From the NCBI GenBank assembly GCA_900088475.1, contig FLMG01000540.1:62001-126000 (forward strand): 64,000 nt of DNA. The letters are read 5' to 3'. The notes under the pieces are model-generated. The model was not told the origin of the DNA. It saw only the letters and a program-made list of their open reading frames with translations, and searched no databases. Position 1 is the stretch's first letter. The number at the start of each line of letters is the position of its first letter. Made by a program: the position numbers and the translations under genes. Shown one piece after another: positions 1 through 13,918 of this stretch. Source of the DNA: Hyphochytrium catenoides (lineage: Eukaryota > Protista > Hyphochytriomycota).

Positions 1-1129
1 AGATTACTTAAAGGAGGAAATCTTCAAACTTGAGCGCTACATCGCAGCCTACGTACAAAAGCAGAAGCGAGAAGGTAAAGAAGTGGATATATCAACTCTA
101 TTCGCGGTTCAAGAGGATTTAGACTGCGAAGGTGTGGAGCCAGACGATGCCTTGGAGGACTATCAGGAGGAAGAAAAGATCACGTCGCTTAGCCCTCTCC
201 TTCCCCGCTATCACGAACTGAGAAGAATTCGTAAGAAACAATTGCGCGAGGAGTTCTTGGCTCAGAATCGTCCAGGTGCCCCCATCAAAGACGATGAGGA
301 TTATAAAACTCGGCCCCTCATCTCCCTGGCAGACTTGGCCCAATTAGAAGTGTACCGTATTTCCAAACTTCCCGCCGAACAGAGACCCGCAATGTTGGGC
401 CAGTACCAGATGAAGCTTGAGGATGTAGAGCTCCCAACCTACTCCATGCCTCCTCCACCAGAAGATATGGGGGAGCACTACGAGCCTACCCGTCAGGAGT
501 TCGAGAGGATAGTCCGGGCAATTGGCTCTGCGCGGTCCATACCGCCATCTAGAAGGAAGGAGGCTGTTGATATTGCATTGAAGGTTTGGCAGGACTTTTT
601 GGATGAAAACTGGGACGCAGAGGACTTCCAAGGCGAATATGAGAACGAGGAGGTCCAGACGTTGTTGCGCGCTCAAGCTCTACAGGCTCTTCAAAAGTCT
701 GAGCAGTTCTCTCCGGATGACTCTGACGAAGAATACTTCGAGGATGAGAACTGGGATGGTGATGAGCTAGACTTTGATTCAGATGAGGATGTCGATGACC
801 TCGATGATATTGATGGCAAAAAAGATAAGTCGGACGACTTCGAGGATCCCCAGGGACACTACTGGGAAGATGATGACGAGGATGATGAGATTACTGATGA
901 GACGGCGGGCCACAAGCATACAGAAAAGGAAGAAGAAGCGGATGAAGCTTATGAAGCATACTTGAGGTATCAAGCTGAAGAGAGAGCACGCGCTCAAGAA
1001 GAGGCTTTGCAAGAGTTTACTACAGAGATGGATGAAGAGAAAAGGCGTGCCATTCTTGCTCGAAGAGAAGCCTTCGATGTTAAAGCTATTGGCTTTCCAA
1101 TGAGAAAGAATAGGTACACCCGAGCATAG
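1..1129 (+). CDS. Hypothetical acidic (D/E-rich) protein, 5' end outside window
   Basis: The frame is open from base 2 (DYLKEEIFKLERYIAAYVQKQKREGKEVD...) to TAG at 1127-1129, about 375 codons with no intron. Strongly acidic C-terminal half; no family recognised. Confidence 0.75.
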   Translation, partial: DYLKEEIFKLERYIAAYVQKQKREGKEVDISTLFAVQEDLDCEGVEPDDALEDYQEEEKITSLSPLLPRYHELRRIRKKQLREEFLAQNRPGAPIKDDEDYKTRPLISLADLAQLEVYRISKLPAEQRPAMLGQYQMKLEDVELPTYSMPPPPEDMGEHYEPTRQEFERIVRAIGSARSIPPSRRKEAVDIALKVWQDFLDENWDAEDFQGEYENEEVQTLLRAQALQALQKSEQFSPDDSDEEYFEDENWDGDELDFDSDEDVDDLDDIDGKKDKSDDFEDPQGHYWEDDDEDDEITDETAGHKHTEKEEEADEAYEAYLRYQAEERARAQEEALQEFTTEMDEEKRRAILARREAFDVKAIGFPMRKNRYTRA

Positions 1130-1343
1130 GTAATATGGAGGTCTTTGGTGCTTTTATGGCATGTCCCTCAATGGGAACAACTATTCTCCAGTCCCTTCTT
1201 AACAGAGGTCATTTACTCCAACGTAAGAGTAAGATCGATCTTATCAGAACTGTTCATGATTCCTTTATCCTCCGCTGTCGCGCCTCGTAATCCATGCAGA
1301 TTGTCAGAAAACACAGCCCGCTACTAGAGGGAGCCTGTACAGT

Positions 1344-4300
1344 CTACTCCTGAACTTGATCACGAATAGAAGTCGTTTCCGCCCCAAGCGAAGGCCCTTC
1401 CACTGTAGCTGGAGAACGGGCAAGCCCCTCTTTACTCTCCACCTCAGTAGCACTTTCAGTCGTGACGCTAAAGCTCTTGCAGGGAACAGACAGGAATGGG
1501 CCATCAACCGCTGTGGACTCAGCTTGTTCTCTCGGTGATTGAGGCTCATCTCCTTTAGGTGGCGTATTTTCAACTGACTCATCGTGAGAGGTCCCAAATA
1601 TGGAGGCAGGGATGAGAGAAGACTTTCTCGGGTCGGAGGGTTCTTGCCCCTGCTTCTTCTGGCCGTCGTCAGCCGCGTTTTCCACTCTGACTTCCTCCTC
1701 CGACTCTTCAGGGATGAGAGTGCCCCCCAGCACGTCGTCAGCTCTTCTTTCACTCTGCACATCTGGCAGCATTGACCACCGACGCACATGGTTCTTAGCG
1801 GTCATATTCGCAGCCTTGATAGAGTCATTTATATCCCGAACCTATCGTAGTGGCGGATATGGGTTAGAGATGCTCGACGCCAACAGCTGCCACAAACTGA
1901 AACTCCTTTCTGGAGTCATGTCCTTACCCAGCCCGCCTTGAGATCAGCGGTCTCCGCCAGGACCACAAATGTTTTCTTAGGATTGCACAATTTGAAGGCA
2001 TGCTTCTGAAAAGCAGAGCTTTCAACATTCTCCAATCGTGTTGGCCGCAGGTGCAATATTTCATGCGGGTTCCACTTGCCATTGATGCCCTTGTCGCAGT
2101 AAATCAACTGGTTGTTGAACAGGAAGAATCTGATCCATGAAGACAAGTTAGTGCGAGGCCTTCGCATGGGCGAGGTACTGACAATTGCAGCGTAAAACCA
2201 CGTAGTACCAGAGAATTTAACCGGCTAACGATCCCGGTCAAGAACCGGATTCATTCTAGGGAGAATTAGCCACTATCACTTGATAGGCTCGCTCGAAGAC
2301 CCCTGCTCACCTGTAGACTCTGTTTTTAGTCCTACAGATTTTGATAAGGTCTCCCTCCCTGATAAAGCACTTTGAGTCTTCGAGGATTTTGGGCCCCCGG
2401 TTTATTCTCTTAGCAATGCTCCTTAACGTCTCCCTTGTCTGTTGGTTGTCGTTCGCTTCCTGCAGCTGATGTACCAGTGCATGAACATCGCCAATAATAC
2501 GCCAGTCGTCATCGTCCGTACTGGCGTTGTCCAAGCTCCGGCACCAGTCCGGTTGACACGAAAGGGAAGATGAAGAGTATGCACTGGGTGGAAAGATAGA
2601 GCAGCCTGTGAGAGACGACATCCACAATACGTTTAAGGCCACTTTAACTGCTCTAATCAGCTCACCTGGTGCTCGGGTCCTTCTCGACATTGCTGTTCTC
2701 CGTGTATGCTCTTTGTCTATAGTTTTCTAAGGCACAAAGAGGTTATAAGAGTCAGATAGCGAAATGGTCTGTCGCCCACTCATCACTCTTCGCCCCTTTT
2801 TCTCTATCTTCAAATGACGAAGTAACGCTCAAATTGTATCAATTATGTCTCTCAAAATGCAAAGCTATCGTAGCCCATTCTCGATAGCTCACCAAGTTTG
2901 CTCGTAAACACCTGAAATTCCGTCTTCATACCAAGAAAGACACAAGCCGATGTTGATGATCTATTGCAGCACATGCAGGATTAGCATGAAAGACCTTTCG
3001 TCTAAAGAGCACTGACGAATAGTGCTGGATATAGGTTTTTAAGCTCATGATCAATCATTAGCTACTAGCATTAGCTCATTCCAGGAAGCATCTTCGAAAC
3101 AAGGAGCTTTCGGAAAGTACCTGAGCATGTCCAGGGCGGAAGAGATCATCTGGCTGTTGGCATTACGGTTCTCTAAGATGCTCCCGATGACGGCCAGAAA
3201 ATGGAACCAAACCCGGCTAAACATCATCTTTACAAGGTCTGGACTGATCGATGTGTCGACACCCACGGAGTAGAAAGCTCGAAATGTGTGTGCTAGCCCT
3301 ACACATAAAGGTGAGCCAGTTGGTTGTTGCTTAGCTGTGGGTGACAGAAGAGTCCAGTCCACTAGTATGCTGAGAGGTATTTGGGCAAGTGACCATCCCA
3401 GAAGCAAAGAGAACGTTCTAACTTCATAAAGATGAGGATAGCTATCTTGGCCAGAAGAGGAGAAAGTATAAGATGCTAGCAAAGGAAGGGCTTGCTCGGC
3501 AGCACCTTTGGACAATTCCTCGGCTTGACTGACTGCTTTGATGATCTCCTTTCTGAATTTCTCCTCCCGGCTTTCGGAAGAATCGTTCTGTTCTCCTTTT
3601 TGTGGGACGAGACCCAGAACCTCCATTCTGATCGGATTGTTGAGGACGTTGCTATATATTGTCTCTAGCGTCTCTCTAGGAAGATCCCGCCCTTCATCAA
3701 TTCCCCGGTTGTTTCTGACGAATGCTTCACGGTTCATTTTTGACTTCTTCTTCACCTAGAGACGGAGTTGATTTTGCGCTTTAGTGCGGATACGGAAGAG
3801 TAGAACACATGTTGTTGCGACTGTCTTTGGTGGAGAGGCCAGATGAACGTCCTAGGGTCACAATACAATAGCACGGAGAGGCGATATGGCGATGCTAAGG
3901 TTTGAGAGCTGGAAAGCGGAGGTCAAACAATGACTACATTGCGAGGGAAAGTGGAAAGGCAGATTTGGGATAGAGGAGATGCACCTCTGGCTTATGCAGA
4001 TCTGTGTTGAGCATGATCATGGAATAGGCCAGCTTGAGCACGGTGTCAGCAGAAGACATCAATTTCTTGTTATCCTCCCAATAGCATTGGGAGAATGCCT
4101 CCACCATGCGATAAATTTTCTGGCCTGCGAGAAGGTAACAGGATTGAATTATCTCCACACATAGCTTATTCCCCTCTTAAAGAGTTCATTTTTGGTCTTG
4201 CTGACACTTCATTCTGTTAGTTCTGCAATAAGTCCTCCAGCAATGATTCGCCCCTTTGTTGGTACTCTTTCTCATCTCTATTAAAGTGTCTTACCTTCCC

Positions 4301-7300
4301 CGGGAAGTGTAAAGCCGCCATGGGTCAGAAAGTGCCTCAGGGCAACTTCTATTGCCATTCCAGTGAAGGATATGGCTCTCACGTACATCAACCGAATATG
4401 TACTTTCCACTCCTCATCCCCTGTCATCACCAATATTGCGCGAGGAGGGTAAAAGTATGTTAATGAAGGCTCTCGCGGTGTGTGCGATACGACGACATGA
4501 CTCTTCCCACCTTCTCCGAGATACTCTCCTATCTCCTTTTCCCCTATCTCGTCGTGGTACATGCGAATGAACCCAGCCACGTCCCTTGGATTCTCCGCCA
4601 GCACCCTTGTGGCGATAAGGTATTCGATACACTTCTTCAATGACTTCGATTGACACAAACTCATAGCCTGCCGCAGATGTTCCTGATTTCTGCACATTAG
4701 AGGAAGACACATTTGTGAGCTATCCACTTTCGGAAAGGAGCATAGCACTGAACCATAACTCAGCCACGATTAGATAAGCGGGTCAGCCCCCACTTCCGTA
4801 ACTTCCTTGCAACAAGATCTAGGCGTTACGGTCTCTACCTTTGTTGTTGCTGCTGCCGCATTTTGACAGAATTCCTCTTGGTCGACTCGGTGGACTCTTT
4901 ACCGCTGCACAGTTTGCGTGTAAGAGAGGAGGGCAGATGGGGCGGAACCGCAAGCGGCGGCTACACTCAAACGAAGATACAGCGCCACAGTTGGCGAGAT
5001 AAGGAGAGACCGTATGTTGATGCCCAGATCGAAGGGTTATCAGAATGACCAAGGAACTAAAGATTGGAAAGATGAGCTTGGCCTGGATAGTTAGGAGACT
5101 GACCTGGACCTAATACTGCTAGCTCCTCTCGCGTCCATAACTCCTTCCGAAGGCTCAACATCTGCCTCCCAGCCTCCATTCTTCATCATAGACAACTCCC
5201 GGGTTCTTGCATCTCGAGGTATAAGGTGGGCGTGACCGCTGGCATCCATGAGGCACCTGCAAATTGCAGCCAGGTTCTCCAAAGCTCTTGTCTAATCCAT
5301 TTAAAGCAATTGGAAATGTGAGATGGCAAGGGGTCAATTCTTTCATTAGCAGACGGACTTGAAACCCAACCCCAGCTGCAAGAGCAAAAAATCATGTAAG
5401 CCGCACTCCTGAGGTATTCTCCCCTTTTTTCCACAAGGATGTTCAGAGCCTAAGAGGCAGAATTGCCGCAAAGCTGCCTCCCACATCGGCAGGAACCATC
5501 TATGCGCTTGAGCTGACTCACTTGCAGGATCACAATTTCACTTTCGTCTTCAAAGTGGTTGATGGCAGCCCCCTCTGCAATGGCACAGAGGATAGCGCAA
5601 AGCTGCTCTACTATATTCCAGCTCTGCACTAGCTGCTTATCCATATCAAAGTTGACAAACATTTCCACTAGATTCTGGGGTAGCTCTAGCCAGGGACCCA
5701 ACTCCGTGACGACGTCCATCTATAAGTGTTGTTGATTGTGGACATTGTAAGAGACATCGTACCATCTATAGTTGGATTGCTTGTCACTTTTACATACCAA
5801 CAGCTCCGGCTGTACATCAGTCGATCTGAGCACCCGAAGAATGCCGATCTCGCATAGCTGCGAGAGTTCAATCTTCAAATACTTTCGATAAAATTTCCAG
5901 AGGATGGTGATGTGACCGATCACTCGACGGAAGATGGTCGGGTTCAATATGGTCAGATTTGTCATCAAGCTCACAGCCACGAACCTAACACGCCAGAAAC
6001 AGAAGGTCAGTGCCAAGAGTCACCGCAATGAACGGACGGCTTGTAGGTGGGAAGGTTGAAAAAAAGAAGACTCAGTTAAGGTGAAAGGCTTAAATCTGGC
6101 TCCGCATCTCAGGGAGCTGCGAGGGCCTTTTAAGCGTGCGTGCGTTACCTTCTGATCTGGTTTCCGAATACCAGACTGTCTCTAAAGTTATTGACTTGTG
6201 CGGATAACAAGTCCTTCAGTAACTCCAAACCGAAGAGACGTGATGAGATCTCCCTAGGGGTAGGGATCCCATCCTTGACATCCAGCTGACCAGTTGCGAT
6301 TTTACTCAGGGTCACTAGAGGTACAACAGAGGAGCAGGAGAGAGTGAAAAGACAATCACATCAAGTCCTAGATTAGAAAAGATGACAATATGTATTGTTG
6401 ACGCCGGCAAAAACTTAGAAACACTTATAAGGGACAGAAAAATTAGGTCTCTTAACGTCGACTGAAAGAGATAGGATCAGGCGATTGAGCTAATGAAAGG
6501 CACGAGGTAAAGGACTAAATAGAGGTGCGATTGGGTGACACATTAGGTAAGAGATCATATAAACTCATATTGATAGTCAGACTCTACCTAGCAGTTGGAA
6601 AACATTCTGCTCTTCCCGTCTCTCGAAAAGCACTTCCACGGCTTGAAGAATATCCTTATAGAACTCCTCAGATCTGATCGACGCGTGCTGCTTGTAGATA
6701 TCCACGGCCTTCTCCGTCAAGTTTGCAAGCAGTTCCCACTCGATTATCCTTCCCGACCCCAGTTTCACTGCAGGAGAGCGCGATGACATAGGTGCAACTT
6801 TTTTTTCTAGGTTGATCTTGCTGGCCTGCCTTGATTCTGACTGCTGGCATTGTGATGCCTCTACGGTGCGTGGTTGGTCGAGCGCACCTTGGGTAGACTC
6901 TGAGAAGGAGTCTCTTTGACCTTTGACATCTTGGGGCGGACAGCCACGCCACCCTTCATCTTCCGCTTGGCCAGGGGCTTCGCAAGTAGTGTCATGAGAC
7001 GCACTGCTATGCCTTCTCTTTACCTCCTCATGGCCAGGAACCCTGCCCAATCTATCCATTGCAAGCCTAAGTAGCTCGCTACCTTTTTTCAACGACAGTT
7101 CCGGGTCTCCGAGATGCACGAACAAAAGACAGTCCAGGGTCTGGTGCAGAATGCTCGGTGCAATCCCATTAGCACTTCGTGCGCACACCTATACAGCATG
7201 AGGAGTTAAACGACTAGTGAGGGCCTAAGACTGTGCTATTACTGATGGAGCTCCATTCTTAAGTTACCTCCTTGTCGTTCCTCCCCTTGCTTACCTCTAG

Positions 7301-10300
7301 TAAGAAGTCCAGGACGTAGCGCTGGCGAATATAAGGAGTGTGATCCGCTGTGTCTCGTACGGCATTGACAGCGTACAAAAGAATTCCGGGCGAAGCACTT
7401 TCTCCCTTGAGGTCTGGTTGAGCGCATAACCCAAACAAGTTCACGCATGAGAGAGACAATGAGTGTCGATTGATTGTCTTAACGTCAAATGAAGACAGAA
7501 TTTGGGATTGAAAGAGGAAGGCAAGCAAGACAAGGCGAAAGTGAGGAAAGCCAGCTGAGACTCAGCACCAACCCAGGAAGAGACTAAGCAGATGACGAGG
7601 GATCAAAGTTATACGCTACTAGGTAGAAGTAAGGTGAAGGTCGTAAATAAGCAAAACAGTAGAGTGCAAGGAGAAGAGGTTGCCGCACGACCTCCACACG
7701 AAGAAGGCACGAAGTAAGAAGGACGAGTCCCTACCAGGATCGAAAAATCCCCCTCGAAGCAAGGATGTTAGAAGTAATAATGATCTTTGTGAAAGCTCCC
7801 CATGTCGCACATAGAGGCCACTGAGTAGCGGGAATAGAAGTTTTCTTTCTTCTTCTCCTCGCTCCTTAGTCGATGCAGCTTCTTCAGAGACTATCGAGAT
7901 GCTCGAGAGGGAGGACTGGGTCTGAAGCACAAGTCGAGGCTCAGAGTAAGGGAGTTCCACGTTTTCTGGAGCAGGAAGCATTGACAGATCTTTGACTACT
8001 GTGATGGAGGCAGCATCGGTGGTGGTCCCTTGCTGTGTAGTGCTGTCCTGAACCGCAACAGGACAATGACTTTCTGGTTGTTCTCCTTCTATCATCGGCT
8101 CTAAAGTGGTTGAAATCCCACTGCTACGGACAGCGGGGGTGTTTTCCTGTTCCACATTAGCGTCTGAAGGTATGAAAGTGCCGTCCGTGGAGCCGAGAGG
8201 CAGACTGGAGGAAGTTGTAGAGGGGAATGACTCCACCACAGTCTCTGCAGCCGGACTGTTCGGGCTTTGTACTCCGGTCATTGTGGCATTGGGGATATCC
8301 GCTTTGGGACTGTTTGGGTTGATGAAGGAGAGCTAGGGAACCAAGACGGGGCAAAGAAAAGGCAGGTCACATATATGAGAAGTATCCTTCGCACAGCATA
8401 TTCCGGCTTTTAAGAATCTTACGTCTTTCTTGTAGCAGAGCATTACTTCTGTGCCCAGAGTCTTAAAGTTCAAATCCGCCCGATGGCCCTTTACCGTGGT
8501 TTGAATCAAAGTGTACCTGAAGCGCGGAGAGGGAGGAGCATTCAGTTGATTTTCCATAGACTCACGCGTTACGTTACATTCTATGTTACGCCTTCTCCCT
8601 GCAAAGGTTTTCTTCAACCTCCACGAGGTCCATACAGCGACTTCCATTGCCTTCTTGGAGCATTGTTCTCTATTCTTGAGATACTCTACAACTAATAGGT
8701 CGATCTGACGTACCCGTAAGGTAGGCTCTCTCCCTTTTTGGGAAAAAGTACCTTTACATCCGTAATGGGGCAGCCCTTGGACCGTTTGAGACACAAGTAT
8801 ATTCTTGGGCCACCGGTGCCCTGTGAAAGCACTAAGTATCTAAGCCAAAGGACGGGGATCTAAATCGGAAAGGAGAGGCGCAAGATGCAAGGAGGCATAG
8901 CTCTAACCGTGTTAAGGTCCACTGGTACATCTCTCCTCTCCAAGACCTCGAAACCCACAGGCACTTCCTCGCCCAAGTCCGGATAGATGGGTGCTATCTC
9001 TGTGATTGGAAGGGCCTTAGCCATGGGGTCCTTTCTGGCGCAGAGGTAAATGTACTGTCCACCACTGCCCTTGTTTAGATCAGCTCCCATACCAGATACG
9101 GAGTGCGAGATCTGTTGTTAGAACGCACAGAGATCAGACCACTGCCGGCCAAAATGTTGGAGAATAGAAGACCAAAAGAGAGGAAAACGCCGGGACATGG
9201 AGTGTTTATAAGGTGGATGATAGGGAGAAGGAGAGTGAGCTTATCGCACGTCAAAGGAAGCTGAAAGTAGGACCTTAACAAAGCCTGAGGGCATCGCGTC
9301 ACCCCGGAATAGCACCAACAGATCACTTATTGGAGAGTTGGAGAATTTGCTATCCTCTCGCAGAGGCTCCTGCACTGGCGGCTCACTATTTGCGCTGTTG
9401 CCACCTAATGCCACCAAAGTTCTGGAGCTGGTTCCGGCGGTCCTATAGAAACAATGGAATGAGTAATGCTCTATCTGTGCAGGCATAGGCATCCCAAAGA
9501 TAAAGGGCAAATGAAGTCAGGAAGGTGGTGAATAATTTAGCGAAAGCATGGCGAGACTTCAGAATATAAGGAATCAAACAGGATAATGCCATATGATGAC
9601 AGAGGATAAACTTCTTCTCACGCTTGTCCAAGTCTCCATTTCTCTCTTGGATTGTCCAATGTTCCACCTTCAGCTGCAGAAATACTGGTTGCTTGCTGCA
9701 GTCTTTCCCCTTGGAGGTTCGGTTGACCCTTCCCTCGGCCAAAATCTTCTTTGGGGGTTTCCATGCTGCCATTGTCTCTTTCCTGCAGCGGGCTTGTCTG
9801 GGTAGGAGTTGAGGTCATCGTCGCCACTGGTGGAGAAGAAGAGAGGAGGAGCAGTGTTCCAGATACTCCATTGTGTCCACTAGTCTTCTCCTTCTCTTTC
9901 TCTTTTTGTTTGGGATTTTTCCGGTTCAGTATATTCAGCGTGATCTTTCTCGCTTGGGACGTCGCCTCTACAGCCTGCTTCTCTGGAGCCGGCCAAGTTG
10001 CATTGCTCTTTGGACTTACGCTCTGAGCTTCAGCTATTGGACCGGATGTAGTGCCATGGCCAGCCGTGCCGACTGATGCAGATTTAGCGCTTGCGGATTC
10101 GTCATACTCTGTAAGAGGCTGTGACTCCATCTTTAAATTATGAGGGAGATCGGAGGGTGTCTCCTCTGGTAGAGAAAAGACCTCATTATCTGGTAAGGGG
10201 GAAAGTGTGGCGTTCTCCTCGTGATGGGCCCCAGGGCTGTTTGGCCGAGATCTTTTTGAGTCTAAGGGGGAAGAAGCAACACCTGCAGCGGGCTCAGCTG

Positions 10301-10905
10301 TCTGTTGCAGGGGATGCAATAATTTGTCCCTCCGGTTCGCAGCGGCGCTGTGTGGTCGTGACTTGTGCGGGTACTGAGGGGAAGTCGCACTCTTCCCCAA
10401 CTCTGGTGCTTCATGCCATGGCTGAGAAAGCTTCTCTCTTCTGTCCTGAACAGCGCTGGTGGGCCTTCGCTTCTGAAGGTCGGCAGCCAAAGGAAGCGGT
10501 ATTTCATGGTTGTCCGGGTTCTCCTGAAGTACAGGGCTCAGTTTCTCTCCTCTTGTACCAGACAGCTCCAGAGCTTCTTTACATAGCCTCTGTTATCGAA
10601 GGAGAATTAGTCAGATCGAGTCATATGGGCCAAGCTTTCTTCTACCCTACCGCAACTTCATCATGGCGCTCTTGTAAAGCAAGATCGCAGAGCTCAGTCA
10701 ATATGCGACGCGCGTCCGCTGAGTTCTCAGTAAGGAAGAAGCGTGAACTTGCAGAACGAGGAGAAATCTGAGACATTGGACTCTTTGCCTCCAACGTAGA
10801 CTCCTCATTAGGGACCCTGAGGCAATTAGTAAACGTTAGACGACGAGTATTAGGACACCAGGTCAAACATCCTTACCCTGGTGACTCCACGCTGCTGACA
10901 CTCAT
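1344..10905 (-). CDS. Large multi-exon ARF guanine-nucleotide exchange factor: low-complexity N-terminus, MABP domain, DCB/HUS-like region, Sec7 domain, PH domain
   Basis: Sec7 motifs FTLPGE|GQKIYRMVEAF and LAYSMIMLNTDLH...FVRNNRGID (about 3650-4330). HUS-like LVEMFVNFDMD (~5660). Three MABP repeats PI(S/T)D...DLN..G..(I/V)(Y/M)LC (8420-9340). PH-like FIREGDLIKIC...RFFLFNNQLIY...TFVVLAETADLKAGW. The exons I checked join in phase via GT-AG; a few internal boundaries are uncertain. Confidence 0.85.
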
Positions 10906-13085
10906 GTTTGTGATGAACCTCTCCAAGGATTGGCCTCTTAACGAGCCTTGCCCCAATCCAACAGATGTAGGACCAGACCAATGACGCTACCGCCAGAGCT
11001 CCAATAACTGAGCGCCAGGTCCTAAGTGCATAGGTGGCTGTTCGAGAGCGATACTGCCTGCATCGTCGGTCATGGACGGTTCTATCTCACAGCTCATTCT
11101 GTTATCTTTCCTCACCTAAGCCACTGCACCGCTTGAAGCTGCTGCTCCTCACCTCCCAGCAGCCGAGCTATCAGGAGGAGGAGGAGGAAGGGGAAGGGAG
11201 CGGAGGGAAGAGGACGACATGAACAAGCCAAAAAGTGCGTTACATGAACCCATCGTTTGGAATTCAGCCGTTCATATTAAGGCTAGGATGGCTTCTAACT
11301 CACTATATTCTGAATGTATCTCCTTAGGGTTTCTATTGTGGCGGTTTGGTGCTTTCGTTGCCCAGAGAAGAAGAGCAGACCAACTTTCTTCATCATATAA
11401 CGTTATCACTAAGGATCTGCTCTTGGACAGTCTGCTGACCTCCTACATGTCCTCTTTGCCAGCACATAGTGGGAGGAGGAATAGGAGGATGAACCTGAGG
11501 AAGAGACAGAAAGAGAGCACCCAGTGGTTTTTTACTATAGAGAGATAACTAAACTAGGATGATAGGCCTGTCGCTTCACTTGGTGGCGAGACTAGTCTTT
11601 ACGAGCCTCCAATAACTGTGGCCTGTCTCTTCGCCGACCGTCGCGAGATATAGCCTTTCTAGTTTGTGGTCAACCGAGGAAAAGGATTCAAGAATCTGAT
11701 GCTGCAATGACTACGTTGCCGCTCTTCAGTAGTGGGAGTCAAGCATGCACAGACAACAAATCGGTGTATGATGAACTAACTCATAATAATAGCAGGTCAT
11801 AGTGACCATCCCCAGCAGCGGCATGTCCATGGTTGACACGACGGATTACAAATCCTACCAGTGGCATCATTCCTGACAAATTTCGAGGCCAATGACCTCT
11901 CCTCACTGAGTTTCCCTCTTAGACAACTGTTGAAGTTCGAATATGAAACCTACATTGCCACTGTGTACGTGGATGATAAATGGAAACCTAGGAACTACTC
12001 GTAGTGGTAATAAGGAGGTAATTTGTCAATCATTGATTCGAAGCTCCTGGTCTGTCCTCGTCAGAGAACGTATATAAACCACGAGGATAACGCAAGAACC
12101 CCTTCCTTGACATGAGCACTGCTCTTTTGAGCAAGAGACGGCCTACAGAAAACTTAAAATGCTCGCTGGATAATAAGTACCTATCACGCTCCTCTTGCTG
12201 CCCTTTGTCGGCTCTATAGTTCACAACATCAAGGCCGAGCCCTTGCTACTTGAGATGCTCCTCGTACGGATGGATACTGCTAGTGGTGAGTACTTATATA
12301 GAAGAGGTAGACCTGAGAGCCTGGCATCAGGTAGTCATCAGTCCGGTAAATGCCAGTCGTCTAATGAAGTCCACTATCATCAGTTCCCGTTCTTCAAAGC
12401 AGTTTAGATTCTCTCCGCGGCGGCTATTGTTGGATCATAGGAATTGTGTGTCCTCCTCTGAAATGGAATGTGGCCTAAGCGAAGCTGCTGTCCGCGGTCC
12501 TCTTGGGAGACATCTCTTGGAACAGAGTCAGAACCCCATCTTCTGTACTTGGGATCAACGTCGCTATGTCGCTATCATCATTGATGAATGAGTTCATCAT
12601 CTCTTGTCCTGGGATTTCGCCTCGCTCACAAACAACTCTAAGTAGCGAGCTCCAGGAGGAGATCTGAACCAATGAGAACAGAAAGATCAAGACGAAAGAA
12701 AGGAGTGCAGTTACTCGTTCCTAGAGCTCCTCCAAGAGCTCCTCTTCTTGCCTTTCCTGGTAGAAATAGTACTTGGGAGTTTAGCTCAAGCTTCTGACTT
12801 CCTGATCCTGAAGCGACACTGCGCTTGCAACCATCTATTATTATTATCAATCATGAGAAAGATTCTTCCGATGCTGCGTCATCCTCGGGCTTATTGATGC
12901 ATCTAGGACTCCCTACTCTCGCTTGACGCTTCTTCACTTCTCATCTTGAGGCTCAAGGTGTCGTCGAACGGATATTGGAAATCTGCAGCAGCCTTTTTCT
13001 ATAGCAAGCTACCCACAGGTCCCTCCTCTCCATTGCCAGCTAAGTCCCAACGAGGGTGGGTGTATCTGAGGAGTTTGTTTTATAA

Positions 13086-13918
13086 ATGGAGTGTGAGAGG
13101 AAGGCGCTCTTCGGAGGAGCCATGGAGGTTCTCCTGCCGAAAAACTATCAGGATGTAAGGTATGACGTGGAGATGTTCAAGTTCTGATGTGTTGGTGCTC
13201 ACTGCTTCCCGATCCTGCCCTCCTCTTCCGAAGCCCACTTCGTGAGATCCCAGACAACCAGGAGGTTTTTGCTGATAGCAACAACGACCGGAACGTCATC
13301 ATAGAACTCCTTGAACTGGAAAATGTGCCCGCAGGACAAGGTATTGCAGAGTTCTACTTCAGGGGCATTGCTCATGACAATGATGCCGATGAGAGCAGCA
13401 TACTGAGCGAAGAAGAGAGGCTTGTTCCGCGAGAGCTGCTAGGCATGAGGTAGCGCTGATCTGGTGCATAAGTTTTCATTAAAGCTGTAAACTGACCTCA
13501 TCCTGACTGCTCACCAGCGAGTGTACTGGGTACATCTGCACTGGGGTCCAGTCGATAGCAAAGTTTCGCGATCAGACGGAGGCGAAGAATGAGGTCAAAG
13601 TTACTGTTCTCGTCCTCAGGTATGGTGCCGTGAAAGTCCTTCTCCATGGCTGTTCCCACGTGCCTGACGCACGGCGTCAGGTTGCCAGCCGTAGGAACAG
13701 ACATTGTAATATCCGTGAACATTCCCCTGTACATTAACCCTTTAAGTCATAGTAGTGCCGTTGGTTGCGTCACGGTAAGGTCTAGTAAAGCTGACGAAGT
13801 AGCTACCAATCTTACACTTTGACTACTCTAGACAAACGATGGAGAAGTCGTTGGTGCTAGGATTGCTGAGGAGATATGCCGATCCTTCAAAGTGCTGGAC
13901 TGGTCTATATTTGGCTAA
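13086..13918 (+). CDS. MOG1: Ran guanine nucleotide release factor Mog1 (spliced)
   Basis: MECERKALFGGAMEV...DVS|PLREIPDNQEVFAD...IIELLE, ending SFKVLDWSIFG*: the hallmark Mog1 motifs. Confidence 0.92.
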
